Source: Plasmodiophora brassicae (taxonomy: Eukaryota). From it: a stretch of 56,640 nt of DNA. This document shows positions 22,685 through 36,154 of the stretch, piece by piece (the first letter of the stretch is position 1; every line of letters starts with the position of its first letter). A program made the position numbers and the translations under genes. Where the stretch lies: the NCBI GenBank assembly GCA_036867785.1, contig CP145409.1, positions 2,046,001-2,102,640 of the forward strand. Reading direction: 5' to 3'. The notes below the pieces were generated by a model. The model was not told where the DNA came from. It worked only from the letters and a program-made list of their open reading frames with translations, and did no database searches.

Positions 22685-23555
22685 ATGGTCGCCACCGCCG
22701 ACTGCCCCGCCCTGTGCTTCGGTCCGCCATCTGGCGATTCAGGTCGCATCCCGACGCCGCTGACGACCTGTCTGTGCAGATACGCTGATCCACCACCTGG
22801 ACGGGGCCAACGGGCGCACCCCGGCCGCCGCCGATCGCCGCCGCCTGCCCGACGGCCAGTTGTACGTCGGCGCGTCCCGACCACCAGTCGTTCAGCGCGT
22901 TCTGACGCCCCGCGTTTGGTGACCCATAGCCCGTTGTTTGTCACGTGGAAGAAGCGCGACGACGGTGGCTCGTATCGACTTCGCGGCTGTATCGGGACGT
23001 TCGCGCCGCAGATCCTCACGGTATCGTGCATCACGCTCGCCCAGCAGGCGGTTCGGTCCCACGAGTAACTTATAAGACACATGTGCAGGACGGCCTGCGC
23101 AAGTACTCGCTGACGAGCGCGCTGAACGACCGGCGGTTCAGCCCGGTGGGGCGATTCGAAGTCGCCGACCTGCACTGCGCCGTCTCGTTGCTGGTCGGTT
23201 TCGAACCCGCCCGTCACGTGTACGACTGGGACATTGGCCGTCATGGCATCACGTACGCCCCGGTGCCGCCCGTTCGTCGTCCTAGCTGAACGAGTGACGT
23301 GTCGCCAGGATTGACTTCAACGACCCGGATTCGCTGGGCGTCACGTTATCGGCGACGTACCTGCCCGAGGTCTGCCGCGAGCAGGGCTGGGACCATCGGC
23401 AGTGCATCGACTCGCTGATGGCCAAGGCCGGCTATCGTGGTCGGTCCTCCGAGCGCCTCCGACAATCGATCCGCGTCACCAGGTACCTGTCGTCCAAGGC
23501 GTCCCTGTCGTACGACGAGTACGTTCGGCTCGCTGCCGGCGCTGATGACGCCTGA
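22685..23555 (+). CDS. AMMECR1-domain protein, multi-exon
   Basis: PLFVTWKK..LRGCIGTF, SALNDRRFSP, WDIGRHGI, SATYLPEV..QGW..IDSLMAKAGY. Stop TGA at 23553-23555. Confidence 0.9.
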
Positions 23556-23623
23556 CCGGCCTCATGCGCCAATGTTTGACCTGTGTTTCAATATAGGAGT
23601 ACCGACCTATTTAGGAAACAGTG

Positions 23624-25753
23624 TCATGCGCCCGGCTGCTTCCTCCTGGGTTCGACCAGCTGGGACAGGGTCCACAGCGTCTCGACGTCTACGAGGACGA
23701 ACGTGCGCTGGATGTACTGGAGGGCGGCGCCGTACAGCGCCGGGTCGATACGGTACGGGATGCGCTGGCAATCGCGGATCCACCCGATCCGATCCGCCAT
23801 GATGCACATCTTCTGGAAGTTCACCATGTTGTGCTGGTGCCGATCCGGGTTGCCGTCGTCGATGAACGTCAGGTCCTGCAGGACCAGCCCTAGGTGCGGT
23901 ACGCATGGCGGCTCCAGCGTCTTCATCTCGGCCCGGAACGCCCTGCTGTTGTTGTCGACGCTGAACAGCGTCTTGAGCTCGTCGAACGAGGCGCGCACCT
24001 TGGCGGGCAGGGCTTCCCAGGTCTGCTTCAGCCTGTAGATGGCGTTGGCGTTCAGGCTGGCGTAGATGGCGAAGACGGCGTTGTAGTTGCGGGCCGCCCG
24101 GAACAGTTCGCTCAGCTTGATGAACTTCTTCAGCACGACGACCCGCCTGGCCAGGGCGTCCTGGCCGAGGATCGTCGCCTGCACGAACGACGTCATGCGA
24201 TTGAACCTCGCGATCATGGCTGTGATGTTGGGCGCCGATTCCGGCCGCTTCGACCAGGCCTGGTCGACGAACTCGCGCGCGTTGATCTTCACGAACGCGC
24301 GCGAATCCTCGTAGCAAATCGCCTGCACAAAGTCGTCCTCGGCCACGTCCAGGAACGAGGTGATCGCGTCACCGGGTGCATTGGGGAATCGCTCTGCGGA
24401 TTCGTCTATCGGGGTCGATGCCGACGCCTCCAGGCGCCGCAGCGTCTCCAGCATGTTGCTGGCCGACGTCTTGGACCAGGGTTCCGGCGAGGTGCTCAGC
24501 TCGTTCATCTGCTGCTCGAACATGGCCTTCACTGTGGTAGGCGCCCCGTCACGACACGACCGATCCGACCCACATCGTTTCGGTACCGTTTGGGTTCCGC
24601 AGGAAGTCGTCCGGGAATTCGTGGAGCCAGTACTTGAGCAGGGCGAGCACGCGAATCTGCATGGGCGCCAGACGGGCGGTCTTGTAGGCGGCCAGCTCAC
24701 TCGGCGTCATGTTCGGGGCGCACGGCACGTTGCACCGGCGGATCATGAGCTCCAGGATCTCCTCCGCCTGCGCCACCATCGGGAACGTGGCCAGCAGCGC
24801 GAAACGCTGATGCAGATCGGGCGGCGACGCCGGGTCCGATAGCTTCTCGATCAGCTTCGCCAGCGTCGCCGCTTTGATCCTTGCTTTACTAGATGCGTCG
24901 CCACCAACCTGCTGCGTCAGGCAATTCTCAGGCGCATCCTGAAACGAGACAGCGCATCAGCGGCGTTGAACAGGTCGCCGTTCCGCAACGGTACGGACGG
25001 GCTCATCAAAGACATAGGTGGATCCAGGCGACACGGCGAACGAGAAGCCCAGGTTGCGGAACACGGTCGGATCCGACCCCATCAGCGGCATCACCTTCGA
25101 CGATTGCATCGCCTGCCCGTACCCGCTGTGCAGGTCGACGTATTCCGCCAACAGCAGCGGATCCATCTGCCCCGAACGTCGCTTGATTTCCTCCACTTCC
25201 ATTCGCTCGAATTCCCATGTCACTGTTGTCGAGGAACGGTTATCGTCAGTTCGACACACGAACACGGCGCTCCTGTCGTACCACGAGGCAGGCCATCTTG
25301 GGCGGTTTGTCGGCGGATGGTGTCCTCGAACTCGGATTCCAGGCGGGGAGCCGTAATTGTTTTCGAGTTGCTGCTCTGTCTGATTCGGGCGACCAGCGTC
25401 TGGCACTCGTCTCGCGTCGCCTGCGACAACCGATGCAGGACGACGTCACGCTGCGTCAGGAGCATGGCCATGATGGTGCGGATGTTGGCGTTCGTGTTGC
25501 CTGTGTAGAGCGCATGCTCCAGGTCGGCCTTCCATCCTTCATCCAGGATGTAGCCAGATCCGCGCCTGCTGCCAGTACTACTGCTGGCACCGTTCGTAGA
25601 AAGCGACCTTGGTGAGCGACCCCCCAACAGAGCGGACGATTTCATACGAAGCTCTTGGCTTCGTCGCTCTTGGACGTTCAAACGTTGTAGGAGGAGCATA
25701 CGCTGATGTCGGCTGCGTTCCAATTGTTTGCGAAGGGCAACGACATCGCCCAT
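23624..25753 (-). CDS. Ras guanine-nucleotide exchange factor (REM + CDC25 domain), multi-exon
   Basis: REM motifs ATLAKLIEKL and RVLALLKYWLHEFPDDF. CDC25 motifs NYNAVFAIYASLNANAIYRLKQTW, PCVPHLGLVLQDLTFIDDGNPD and VNFQK. Confidence 0.88.
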
Positions 25754-26373
25754 GGCGATATTGATGAAATGAGATTCCCATGGGCAGCGTACCTTCGCAG
25801 ATCGGGTTTCCCTGTTTCGAAATCAGCACCGCAACATGCTCGCACAGACAACGCGGTGCCAAGTTGCTGACCTATGTCGCCTTTCCGTGGCCAATGGTAC
25901 GCTGGACCGACGCGGCGGTTCACCACCAAATGTATGTGGATCGTGGACCGGTTACATCTTGTATGATTCCGCAAGTGCCATGCCCCAGGACACGTAAGAG
26001 ATACCGTTTATTACCAGCAGGGCGCACGTTGAAGGGAAGGGCGCGATGACGTAGCCTGGTCGACGCAGGCCCTTCGGCAACGCAGAACTGTTCCGAGATG
26101 CCGGCGTTGAGGCGAACGCACCGTGCAGACAATCATGAAACGCACGAATGACCTCGCTCGTTGCGGTGTCCTGATCCAGGAGGCAGTGTATTGTGCTTAT
26201 AGTACCAACACACAGCGCGGATTGAAGCTCAAATATATGTCACAGACGGCAGATTTTCGAAGATGATTCTGAGTTACAAGGCGGGAAGCGACCAAGATTT
26301 CAATCGAACGTAGATTCCTAGCGAACCCGATATTTTCGGTGGCTCCAGTGCTGCCACATCGATAGCTGCGGGC

Positions 26374-28428
26374 ATGTCACCAAATGTCGTCACCTGCGTC
26401 TATGCAATTGCTCTGCTCTTCGCTCTGTTCGACCACAGCGCGTCTCAACCCGTTCTCACCCATCGTGGGTTCATGCTAGACACTGCTCGTTGCTTCTTCC
26501 CCAAGTCCCGAATCAAGCTCATGCTGGACATGATGAAGAACGCGTCGATGAACGTATTCCACTGGCATATGACTGATAACGAGGGGTTCCGCATCCAGTG
26601 GAACCGCGACAACGGCGCATTATCGTCCCATTACGTCCCTGACATCTACTCTCACGCCGAAATCAAGGAAATTATCGATTATGCCCAAGCACGAGGTTTG
26701 CTCTATCGAAGAAGAATCGCCGCACTTTTGTCTAACTAATGTGGTGAAGGCATCGACGTTATCCCCGAGATTGACAGCCCTGCACACGTGTACCCATTCA
26801 GCCTGGAATACCCTGAATGTATGCTACAAGGCGAACCGGACAACTTCGAGCTGTCGACATCCCCAGATGTGAACGACCTGCGCTGGGATCTGTTCCACGA
26901 GATCTATCCAAACTTCACGTCCAAGTACGTTCACTTCGGGCACGACGAGATCGGCAACCGGGCCACCGAAGTTCAGAAATCCCTGGACTTCGTCCAGACA
27001 GTTGCTCAGTCCCTGCACCGGCGCCCCATTATCTGGAATGACCCGATAACGAGGCAGGGCCTTGCAGTGAGCAGGAACTTTACGATTCAGGCGTGGAAGG
27101 GTGACGCGGCCAGCATGCAAAGCATCCTCTCAGCTGGGTATCAGACCATCATCTCCGACTGGAACTACTGGTACGTTGGATCCGGCGGGTCCGGGCCCAA
27201 CGGATGGTACACATATCCCGCATCGTCGTATGTCTTCCCAACGCACAACACTTCCAGCATTATCGGTGCCGAGCTCTGTTGGTGGACTGAGGAGGCGGAC
27301 AACGGGAACCAGGACTTGGCATGGCTGCACGACGCCATGATGATAGCTGGTAAGACCATGTGGTGCTACAAGAACCCGTCCTGCAATCCGGCAGTATCTC
27401 CAGCACCAAGCCCCCCACCTATGCCGCCGTCTGCAACGCCGGCGCCACGACCTGTAAAGTCGACAACACGTAAGACCAAGAGCTCGTCACCTCCACAGGC
27501 CGTGTCTCCAGCGCCGAGCATTCCACCTACATCAGCAACTGCGGCACCGACACCACACCGAACGAGATCAACGACACACGCCATCAGGGTTGCTCCAACA
27601 CCAAAGTCGGTTCCTCCAACCATGTCTCCAGCATCTAGTCATCCACCTGCGCCACCATCGACGGCCCCAACATCACGTTCGATAAAGTTGACCACACACA
27701 CGGCCAGGATTTCACCAACTCCAAGCGCAAAACCTCCAACCATCTCGCCAGCACCGAGCCGCCGTCCACCTACATCTCCGTCCAAAGCAGCAACTCGTTA
27801 CCGCCTGAAGACAACGACCCACACGGCGGCAGCCCCGACGCCAATCCAGCATGCGGTATCTCCAACGATTTCTCCAAAACCGATGCATTCTGTATTTCCA
27901 CCATCAAACCAACCGACGCATTACCGAGCAAAGACGCCTACGCGCAGAGCGACGGTTCCGCCAGCAACACACCCGATGTCCCCATCGTCAGTTGCGACGT
28001 TCCGGACCTCAGAATCGTCCGTTCCGTCTAGAGGAGCCCTTCCACCTGTGCCCACCGTGCCCCAGGTCCCACTTTGGAGAACAACGCCAAGTACACGTTC
28101 TGCGACAGGATCATCAACGAAGTTCCGCCTTGTTAAACCGGGGACTTTGACAAGAAGACTCTTGATGACGACGAGCAAGTCTGGACATCGAAACTTTAGG
28201 AGTACGATTTCAGGAGCCCGTCCTGGTAACGCAATAAGTGACGCTTCGATGACGGTATCCGGCACTGTCGTGACGTTCCTGGCTATTTCCGCAATCACGG
28301 CATCAGTGGTCGCTATCATCGCTGTCTGCTATGCCTGCTGGTGTGCTCCAATCCGACATCAAAAGCTACACGCAAACATCCCCCGTATGGGTGCAAATCC
28401 TCAGCATCGGGGCGAACCAATGTTTTAA
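26374..28428 (+). CDS. GH20 beta-N-acetylhexosaminidase, membrane-anchored with mucin-like stalk (copy 1)
   Basis: Signal peptide, HRGFMLDTAR, NVFHWHMTD, intron 26696..26749, GIDVIPEIDSPAH and catalytic HFGHDE. A Pro/Ser/Thr stalk and C-terminal TM follow. Confidence 0.88.
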
Positions 28429-28839
28429 GCCTGTGATCTCGGCGGGTATCAGAGGCTTCAGTTTCATCAGACACTGGAAGTCGACAATTATGGTTACAGG
28501 TTCTTCATTTTGAATTAAAACATTCCTTATATGCCTGATATCTCTGCGACTTGCGGCTATAGATTCGGTCGGGTAAATTAGAAACACTCCAGGCTGGAAC
28601 GTGTCAGACGCTGATAGGAACGAGAACGCAAATTAAATTTTCAGGCTTCAGGTGCAGGCACATATGGAAGCGCCCGTACACAGGTATACCGGCACGGTCC
28701 TGCCTGTGGTTCACAGGGATAATCGACCGCAGACTGTCAGAATTGGCACTCCGCAGATGCAGATCAGCTTAAAGATTTTAGATATTATCGAAGGGCCGTT
28801 GATATTAAAGAGTACGATCAAGGACTTCCTATCGAGAAG

Positions 28840-30789
28840 ATGGCATGCCCTGTGGCCACGAGTGCTCCTATTGCAGTCCTGCTATTCGCTTTGCTTAGCC
28901 TCCACTGTGTATCTCAGCCCGTCCTCACTCATCGGGGCTTCCTTCTGGACACCGCCCGTTGTTTCTTCCCTAAATCTCGCATCAAACTTATGCTGGACAT
29001 GATGCAAAACGCGTCGATGAACGCGTTCCACTGGCATTTGACTGACAATGAAGGATTCCGCGTTGAGTGGAAACGCGACGGCGGCGCGTTGTCGTCGCTT
29101 TACGGGCGCAAGATTTACTCCCACTCCGATATCACAGAAATCATCCGTTACGCGCAGGCTCGAGGTAACACCCACACTGGTAGGCGCGCACCGAGCACGA
29201 TTAATAACGAAGCTTCTGCAGGCATCGATGTTATCCCAGAGATCGACAGCCCTGGACATGTGTACCCATTCAGCCTGGTATACCCTGAGTACATGTTGCC
29301 CGGACACCCAGACAACTTTGACCTGTCGGGAATACGTGATGTCAACGAGTTACGCTGGGACCTTTTCCATGAGATCTATCCAAACTTCACGTCCAAGTAC
29401 GTCCACTTCGGGCACGATGAGATTGCCAACAACGCCACAGAAGTCCAAAAGTCTCTCGACTTCGTTGAAACAGTTGCACAGTCTCTGAACCGGCGGCCTA
29501 TGATCTGGAACGATCCGATTACGAAACAAGGGCTTGCAGTGAGCCTGAACTTTACGATACAGGCGTGGAAGGGAGATGCGAAATTCATGCAAACAATTCT
29601 GTCTGCGGGGTATCAAACAATCATTTCCGATTGGCAGTACTGGTACGTCGGGTCTGGCGGGTCCGGTCCCAATGGGTGGTACAAGCACCCTGCATCGTCG
29701 TATACCTTCCCGACACGCCATGAGTCCAATATCATTGGGGCCGAACTCTGCTGGTGGACGGAGGAAACCGACAAGCCCAACCAGGATTTGAAGTGGTTGC
29801 ACGACGCCATGATGGATGCTGGCAGAACCATGTGGTGCTACAAGAATCCGTCTTGTGGTCCGAAGACATCACCCAAAACAACCAAGAAGCGTGTATCAAC
29901 GTCAGGGTTGCCACGTCGTACGAAACGGACCACCCACACTTCCAAGGTGTCTCCTACTCCACATGCGCGTACGCCACCCGTCTCGTCGACACCAAGCCAC
30001 ACCCTTTCGACACCATCTACGGCAGCAGCTTCACAAAAGAGGCCGTCGGCCACACATACGGCCAGTCGTGTCCCTCCAACTCCTTACGCATCTTCACCAC
30101 TGGCCTCTCCAGCGCCGCCAAGTCGTCCTCCGTCGCCGTCAGCAGCATCGTATTCTCCGGCTCCAAATCCACCGCACCCAACTGGTACGACAAAGGGACA
30201 CCGCCGAGCGACGACACCGTTAGTGGAGGTGGCCCGACATGGCACCCAGTCGGTTACGCTGAAGAACATGATCAGGACACCCGCTTCACACACTGCAACC
30301 GCCAGCGCTATCAAGCCATCCGCAGTCGCTCCAGGTACTGACACCATTCCACCCGAGTCGCCATCAGCGATGCCAAAGACGAAGAAGCGGATCGTGACCA
30401 CTACACAGGTATTGCAGCCATGGTCCCGCAAGGACGTTCGTAGGCAGAAGACCGTAACTGCTACTGCTCTACCAACTACCGGTCGCCTTGTTGGACAAGC
30501 TCCTTTGACAAGGCGTTCCATGGTGGCGACGGCTTATACGACGGGCCGTCGACACATTACGGTTACGGTGCCTGCGTCTGGATCCGACGTTGCCGTAAGT
30601 GGCGTACCATCTGTGGTTATGTCCGACATGTTCATGACGTTTATGGCTGTCTCCGCTATCGTTGCATCGATCGTTGCCATCATCGCTACTTGCTACGCCT
30701 GCTGCTGTAGTCCCCAGCGCCGAATCCAACAGAGCACTGTGTACGGCACCGGCATACACCCACGAGAACAGGAAGAACCTGTCTTCTGA
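28840..30789 (+). CDS. GH20 beta-N-acetylhexosaminidase, membrane-anchored (tandem copy 2)
   Basis: Same motifs as copy 1. A 57-nt in-frame GT-AG intron (29165..29221) sits at the same position, followed by stalk and TM. Confidence 0.88.
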   Translation: MACPVATSAPIAVLLFALLSLHCVSQPVLTHRGFLLDTARCFFPKSRIKLMLDMMQNASMNAFHWHLTDNEGFRVEWKRDGGALSSLYGRKIYSHSDITEIIRYAQARGNTHTGRRAPSTINNEASAGIDVIPEIDSPGHVYPFSLVYPEYMLPGHPDNFDLSGIRDVNELRWDLFHEIYPNFTSKYVHFGHDEIANNATEVQKSLDFVETVAQSLNRRPMIWNDPITKQGLAVSLNFTIQAWKGDAKFMQTILSAGYQTIISDWQYWYVGSGGSGPNGWYKHPASSYTFPTRHESNIIGAELCWWTEETDKPNQDLKWLHDAMMDAGRTMWCYKNPSCGPKTSPKTTKKRVSTSGLPRRTKRTTHTSKVSPTPHARTPPVSSTPSHTLSTPSTAAASQKRPSATHTASRVPPTPYASSPLASPAPPSRPPSPSAASYSPAPNPPHPTGTTKGHRRATTPLVEVARHGTQSVTLKNMIRTPASHTATASAIKPSAVAPGTDTIPPESPSAMPKTKKRIVTTTQVLQPWSRKDVRRQKTVTATALPTTGRLVGQAPLTRRSMVATAYTTGRRHITVTVPASGSDVAVSGVPSVVMSDMFMTFMAVSAIVASIVAIIATCYACCCSPQRRIQQSTVYGTGIHPREQEEPVF

Positions 30790-30915
30790 TACTCGAATCT
30801 TCACCTTTGGTACGGCACGCCTCGTTTGCAATGTGTGCATCGCAAGTTCTCCAATACACAAAGCACGGTGCCATTTCAATTATCATCAGGACTGTGTGGC
30901 GTGACGTTTTTGGCG

Positions 30916-32021
30916 ATGAGCGGAGCGCAGTCCGTGGTGCGGCGTGTCGAGATTGGCGATGTTCTTCCGACGTCAGCAGCAGCCACAGCAGCCGCCGCCG
31001 CAGCCCGATCCACAGTCGTCGTAAGTCGCGCCCGGCGACGCTTTGTTGGAATGTAAATCCAAGTGCTCTGCGATGTAGGCGACAGGCGCAGATCCATGAG
31101 CTGAAACGATTGAACCCCACCGTCATCGCCCATCCGGACCAGTCGTCGTTCGATATGCCGATCCATACGCCCACCGCCCGGTTCGACCTGCAAATGTAAA
31201 CACGGGTCGTCTCGAACATGTCTGCGAAATCTGACTACCGATACTGTAGACGGCTGCCGGCGGATTTCCCAGCTGTCAGCCCCTTGCTAACCGTATCGGT
31301 GGCGCACCTGTCGCATCCGCTGATCGGTGCCGATGGCGTGATCGTGCACCCGCAACTCAGCAACTGGAACACTCACTGCGCTCTCGGCAACATTGTTCGC
31401 ACGATCAGCACGGATTTCCTGGCCAACCCTCCCGTCTACAATCCGCCACAACCACGTCCAGACAAAGCACAGGCTGCTGCTGCTGCTGCTGCTGCCTCAC
31501 CAACGTCACAGCAACCAAATCCGATTGCGTTGCCGCCCATACCCCAGGTCTGCGAGGAGCTTCGCCGTCTGCCGACAGATCGCCTCGTGGCCATGGACCA
31601 GAGCACCATCGAGGTCGAGGAGTTCGCCGAGGGCCTGCCCATTTACGAGGCCATCGTCCAGCTGCGCGCCGACATCGAGAAGAACGTCGTCGAAGTCGCT
31701 AGAGCGAACCTGGCGGTTGCCGACGACATCTCCGACCTGCAACGCGACGTCGACGAGCTGTCCGGAAAGGTGCAGGCGGCGAAGACGGCGTACGATGCGG
31801 CACGTCTTCGACAGGAGACGCTTCTGGCGCAGTACTCGGCGCCGGCCATGGCGTTGCTGTTCGAGAAGAAGGCCGATCGTGTCGACATGGCCAGCGAAGA
31901 CGTCCGGCAGAAGTACATATCGGGCGACCTGAACGAGGACGCGTTCGTGGCGCAGTTCATGGCCGGGCGCGTCGCGTTCCATCGGCTGATGGTCACCCGG
32001 GAGCGCCTCCTGCACGCGTAG
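30916..32021 (+). CDS. VPS37: ESCRT-I subunit VPS37-like (UEV-like N-terminus + Mod(r) C-terminus), multi-exon
   Basis: UEV-like LPADFP..HPLIG..HPQLSNW..FLANPP, a coiled coil, and C-terminal SEDVRQKYISGDLNEDAFVAQFMAGRVAFHR. Introns near 31021..31078 and 31196..31249. Confidence 0.7.
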
Positions 32022-32046
32022 CTGATCTATAAACACCAAGTCTATT

Positions 32047-35000
32047 TTATTGTTTCCTGCCGATCGCCTGGGTCAGGCGCCGACTTTCCCAGAGCTGCCG
32101 GAGGCGATCGACCTGGACGGGGGCGGCGGCTTTCGACCTGGCCGTGCTGACGAACGCACCGGATGGTAATTGCCCATCGTCGTCCAGTGCAACGCCGACG
32201 TCGTTCTTCAGCAGCTCCGTCTTGAGGATGCGAATCGATCGCCGGATGGGCGTCTGCCTCGGGTTCTTGGCCAGCAGCGTCTTCAGCGCGAATTGCAACT
32301 GCGACTTCTTGACGATCGAGTGATGCGTCGTGTCGGTGAGGCGTGCGACGGCACCGGATTCGATCAGGTCGCGAATGTTGCCGCCGTGCACGTTGCCGCG
32401 TTTGAAGTCGTCAACGAACTCGTCCATATTGCTGGACTGCAACCAGGACGCCACGTCCTCGGCCGACCATTGGTCCAGTTCGGCCTGCGGCACCGTCGGC
32501 GAGTCGTCCGGGTCGTCCGCGGTGGCCTTCCCCCACATGGTACGACCTTGCGGTTTCATAGACGTCGCTCCCTGGATTGCCGCGGTCTTGGCCGGCGCTG
32601 CGGACGCCTTACTCGGCACCGGCGCCCACGGTTTCATCGGGCGGTACGCCGGACCGATGCTTCCCTTCACCTCTGCTGTGCTGCTGGTGACGCTCGTCGT
32701 CACCTTGTCCTTCTGACAGGCCGACACCCGTTCCGACACCCGTTCCGGGGCAGGTTTCCCGCGGGCGCCCTGGTCACCCGTCTGCTGCTGCTGTGTTGGC
32801 CCGGGCTCTTGCACAGGCGGACCGGATGCCGACGCGCTTGTCATGTTGGGCATGCTGGCCTTGGAGGAGAGGCGGTGGTGGAGGATGGGCGCTCCAGCAA
32901 TCACCTCCGACAGGCCACGATTGGACAGTTTCGTGCTCTTGACGACCGCTGCCGCCGTTCCCGACTTCTTTTTGAACGCTGACGACGTCATTGACGTGTC
33001 CGCCTGTTGCTGCTGCTGCTGCTGTCGTTGTTGTCGTTGCTGGCCGTCCAGCTGCTCTTGCGCCTGCGTACGATGTGGCTGACGTGCTGCTGGAACGTTA
33101 ACGTTGATGGGCAACGCCGGGTTGTCGATGAGCGACAGTCGCTTGATGGTTGTCGAGGCGCTCTTCTGTTCCGATATGCTCTCCGACGGTTCATGTTGGG
33201 CAGTGTTTGGCTGTGGAACAGGTTCGGCAGGGCGATATGGAGTCTGGGGTGTTGGCGGGATCGACGCCACCTCCGCAACGGGCGACAGGGGCATCCGTTC
33301 CGGTGGCAGAATATCGGGAGCCGACACGCGAATCGCCATCGACGGCGCGCGTTGCGACAGTGCGGACGACGCCGACGACGGCGACCTGGACGACGGCGCG
33401 AACTCGGCCGATGGCAGGTCGAACGTGATAGCGTTAGGGGCGGTGGCGTTGGCTTGGACGTCGTCGTCATCATCGGACACACTGTCGATGCTGACCTGGC
33501 GGGTATGTGAGCGCACGTCGGCGGCAACGACATCGTCGTCTTTGCTGCTAATCGAGTCCAGGCTGACATCGTCCACCTCACCGCCATCCGACAGGATCGC
33601 CTCATCTGACCTCGGCTGCGGTTGCTGCGGCTGCTGCTTCTGCGCTGCGTTCGACAGTTTACGTTCCTGGGCGAGGCGTGCCCATTCTCGGGACTCCTCC
33701 GAAGACCACTTCCGGGCCGGCTGCGAGTCGGCAACCGAACCGTGCCGTGACGACGTCGGCGTGCTGGGCGGGTCGGCCAGGACAGTGCGGGCGTCTTCGG
33801 GCGTCGGCAGAATCAACCGATCCGTGTCACTGCCACGAACGGCGGTCATCGATGACAGCGACCGCATCGACGTCATCGACTGTCGCGTCGGCGCGATGAT
33901 TGGCGCCCCGTTCGGGTCGCTGAAGTCGACGGCGTTCAGCACCTTGGATCGTTTCTTGCGGACGAACCACGATGACGACCTGGATGGCGATTCGGCGACA
34001 TCGCCTGCCGCTGTCGACGGCACATCCGGCGGCGGATTCTCGTTCCCGTTCAGCAGCGTCACGATTCGGTCCATGTCGTAGATGGCGGCGCTCTGGGTGC
34101 CATCGGCGGCCGTCATAGTGCCCTGGTGCCACACTCAGCAGCGAGGAGCGTCCAGGACGAAGCGATCGTACCTCGCCGTGCCGTTTGTCGTCGACGAACG
34201 CCCCTCGGAACGATTCGCCATTGGTCCAGGTCATGACGCCTGCGTCCTGGCGTCGTCCGCGACGATCGACGCGCCCCTGCCATCGGTTGCCGTTCGGGTA
34301 GACGAGCGTACCGGTCGCCGGGAACGCGCCGTTCTCGAACACGGCAATGTACCGGCACCCGTTCTCGAATATGAATTCGCCGTTGCCATGCCACTTGTAG
34401 TTCTGCCATTCGCCAATGTACTTGTCGCCGTTCATGTACGTCATCACGCCTGGGCCTTGCATCTGATCGTCGACCCACGTCCCTGGCGGCAAATGCGTTA
34501 TGCCAACAGGCGGCAGAAACTGAAACCGACGGCACCCACCTTCCAATGTTCGTCCGTCGGCGAACACGAACGTCCCGTTGCCCTCCTTCTTGCCGGCCCG
34601 GAACATGCCCGTGAACCGGGACCCGTCCTTGTACAGGAACATGCCCTTGCCGTTGGCGAACCCGTCGGCGTATTCGCCCTTGAAGATGTTGCCGGACATG
34701 TAGTAGAATTCGCCCCGGCCGTGCCGTTTCCCGTTGCGCCATTCGCCCTTATACCTGTTGCCGTTGGCGTACTCCATGGTGCCCTCGCCGTTCTCCAGGT
34801 TGTTCTGCCAGTTGCCGTCGTACCGGTCGCCGTTCGCTGACTTCAGTACGCCTTGCCCGCTGAGTTGGTCGTCGACGAACGACCCCTCGTAGACGTCGCC
34901 GGTCCTCCAGCGCATGACGCCGATCCCATGGCGGACGCTGCCCTTGTGCAGCGGGCCGTTGTACACGCTGCCGTCCTGGTACGCGACGATGCCCTTGACG

Positions 35001-36154
35001 CAGACCCCCATCGAGAACGTTCCGCTGATCACCAGGCCATCCGCCCTGGTTAGCGTTCCCTGGCCAGACTTCTGCCCGCTCAGGAACTCGCCTTCGTAAC
35101 GCTCGCCCGATGACGTCACAAGCACGCCCATGCCCGACATCTGAGGCAGTCTGGTCAATACTCTGTCGGCGCTTGGCCGAGACCGAACGCTACCTGATCG
35201 TCGAGGAACCTTCCCGTGTACACGTTGTTGTTCGTCCAGGTCTGCGTGCCTTTGCCGTTCTTCTTCCCGTTCAGGAACTCGCCCTCGTAGACGCACCCGT
35301 CGACGTCGACGTACCGTCCATGGCCGGACGGGACGCCGTTACGGAACTCGCCTTCGTACAGGCGCTTCGTCACGGCCGACTCCAGGCGGCCTTGCCCGTG
35401 TGGGACGCCGTTCTGTCAGGGCGAACCATTGGTCAAATCGGTGCCGCCCGCGGCGTGGTGACGATGCCGCGATTACCTCCCAGGTGCCCGTGTACTGCAG
35501 GCCGTTGGGCCAGGCGTGGCACCCGCGCCCCTTGGGCAGGCCCGCCACCCAGTCGCCTTTGTACGATGCGCCGCCCGCCGTGCACTGCCCTTTGCCGCTG
35601 CGCTCCGATTGGCCGTTCACTTGGCCGGCGTATTGCGGGTTCGGCATCGTCCAGGCCATGGGCGGCAGGACGAAGAACGACTCGGTCATCAGGCTCATTT
35701 GCGGGCGATAGGACGCATCGGACGCCAGTGGCGGGCTCGCGTTGGCACTGCCGTGCATGGTCAGGACGCGGGGGCCCTGCGCGCTCCGATGGTGCGACAA
35801 CGACGTCTGTGGCGTCGTCTGCGCCCGCGCTGCCGCATGCAGCAGCGCTTCGACCCATTCGTTTCGCTGTGCGGCGGACGAGGCGCGCATGAACAGGTAC
35901 TGCGATTTCGTCGACGGGCCAATCTCGACGGCGAACGAGAACTCCTTGTGGATCAACGGGGTGGCGTCCACGATCTTACAGTTGGCCACCGAGATGGATC
36001 CCTTCGGCGATTTCGCCTGGTGCTTGGCGTAATACGACAGGACGCGGTTCTCCAGGATAAAGTACCGTTTCTTCCACCCGCTGCGGACGTTGTTCGCATA
36101 CGAGATGGGCAGCTTGTACAGATAGCCCTCCATCTGGCGCGTGAACGTCGACAT
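32047..36154 (-). CDS. PH domain + MORN repeats + SAM domain protein, multi-exon
   Basis: PH: MEGYLYK..WKKRYFIL..LSYY..RNEWVEAL. Many MORN repeats (YEGEFLNGKKNGKG). SAM: WSAEDVASWL..FVDDFKRGNVHG. Confidence 0.85.

Noticed and set aside
31473-33030. (GCT)n and (TGC)n triplet runs near 31473 and 33008
   Set aside because: Ordinary poly-Ala and poly-Gln coding tracts.
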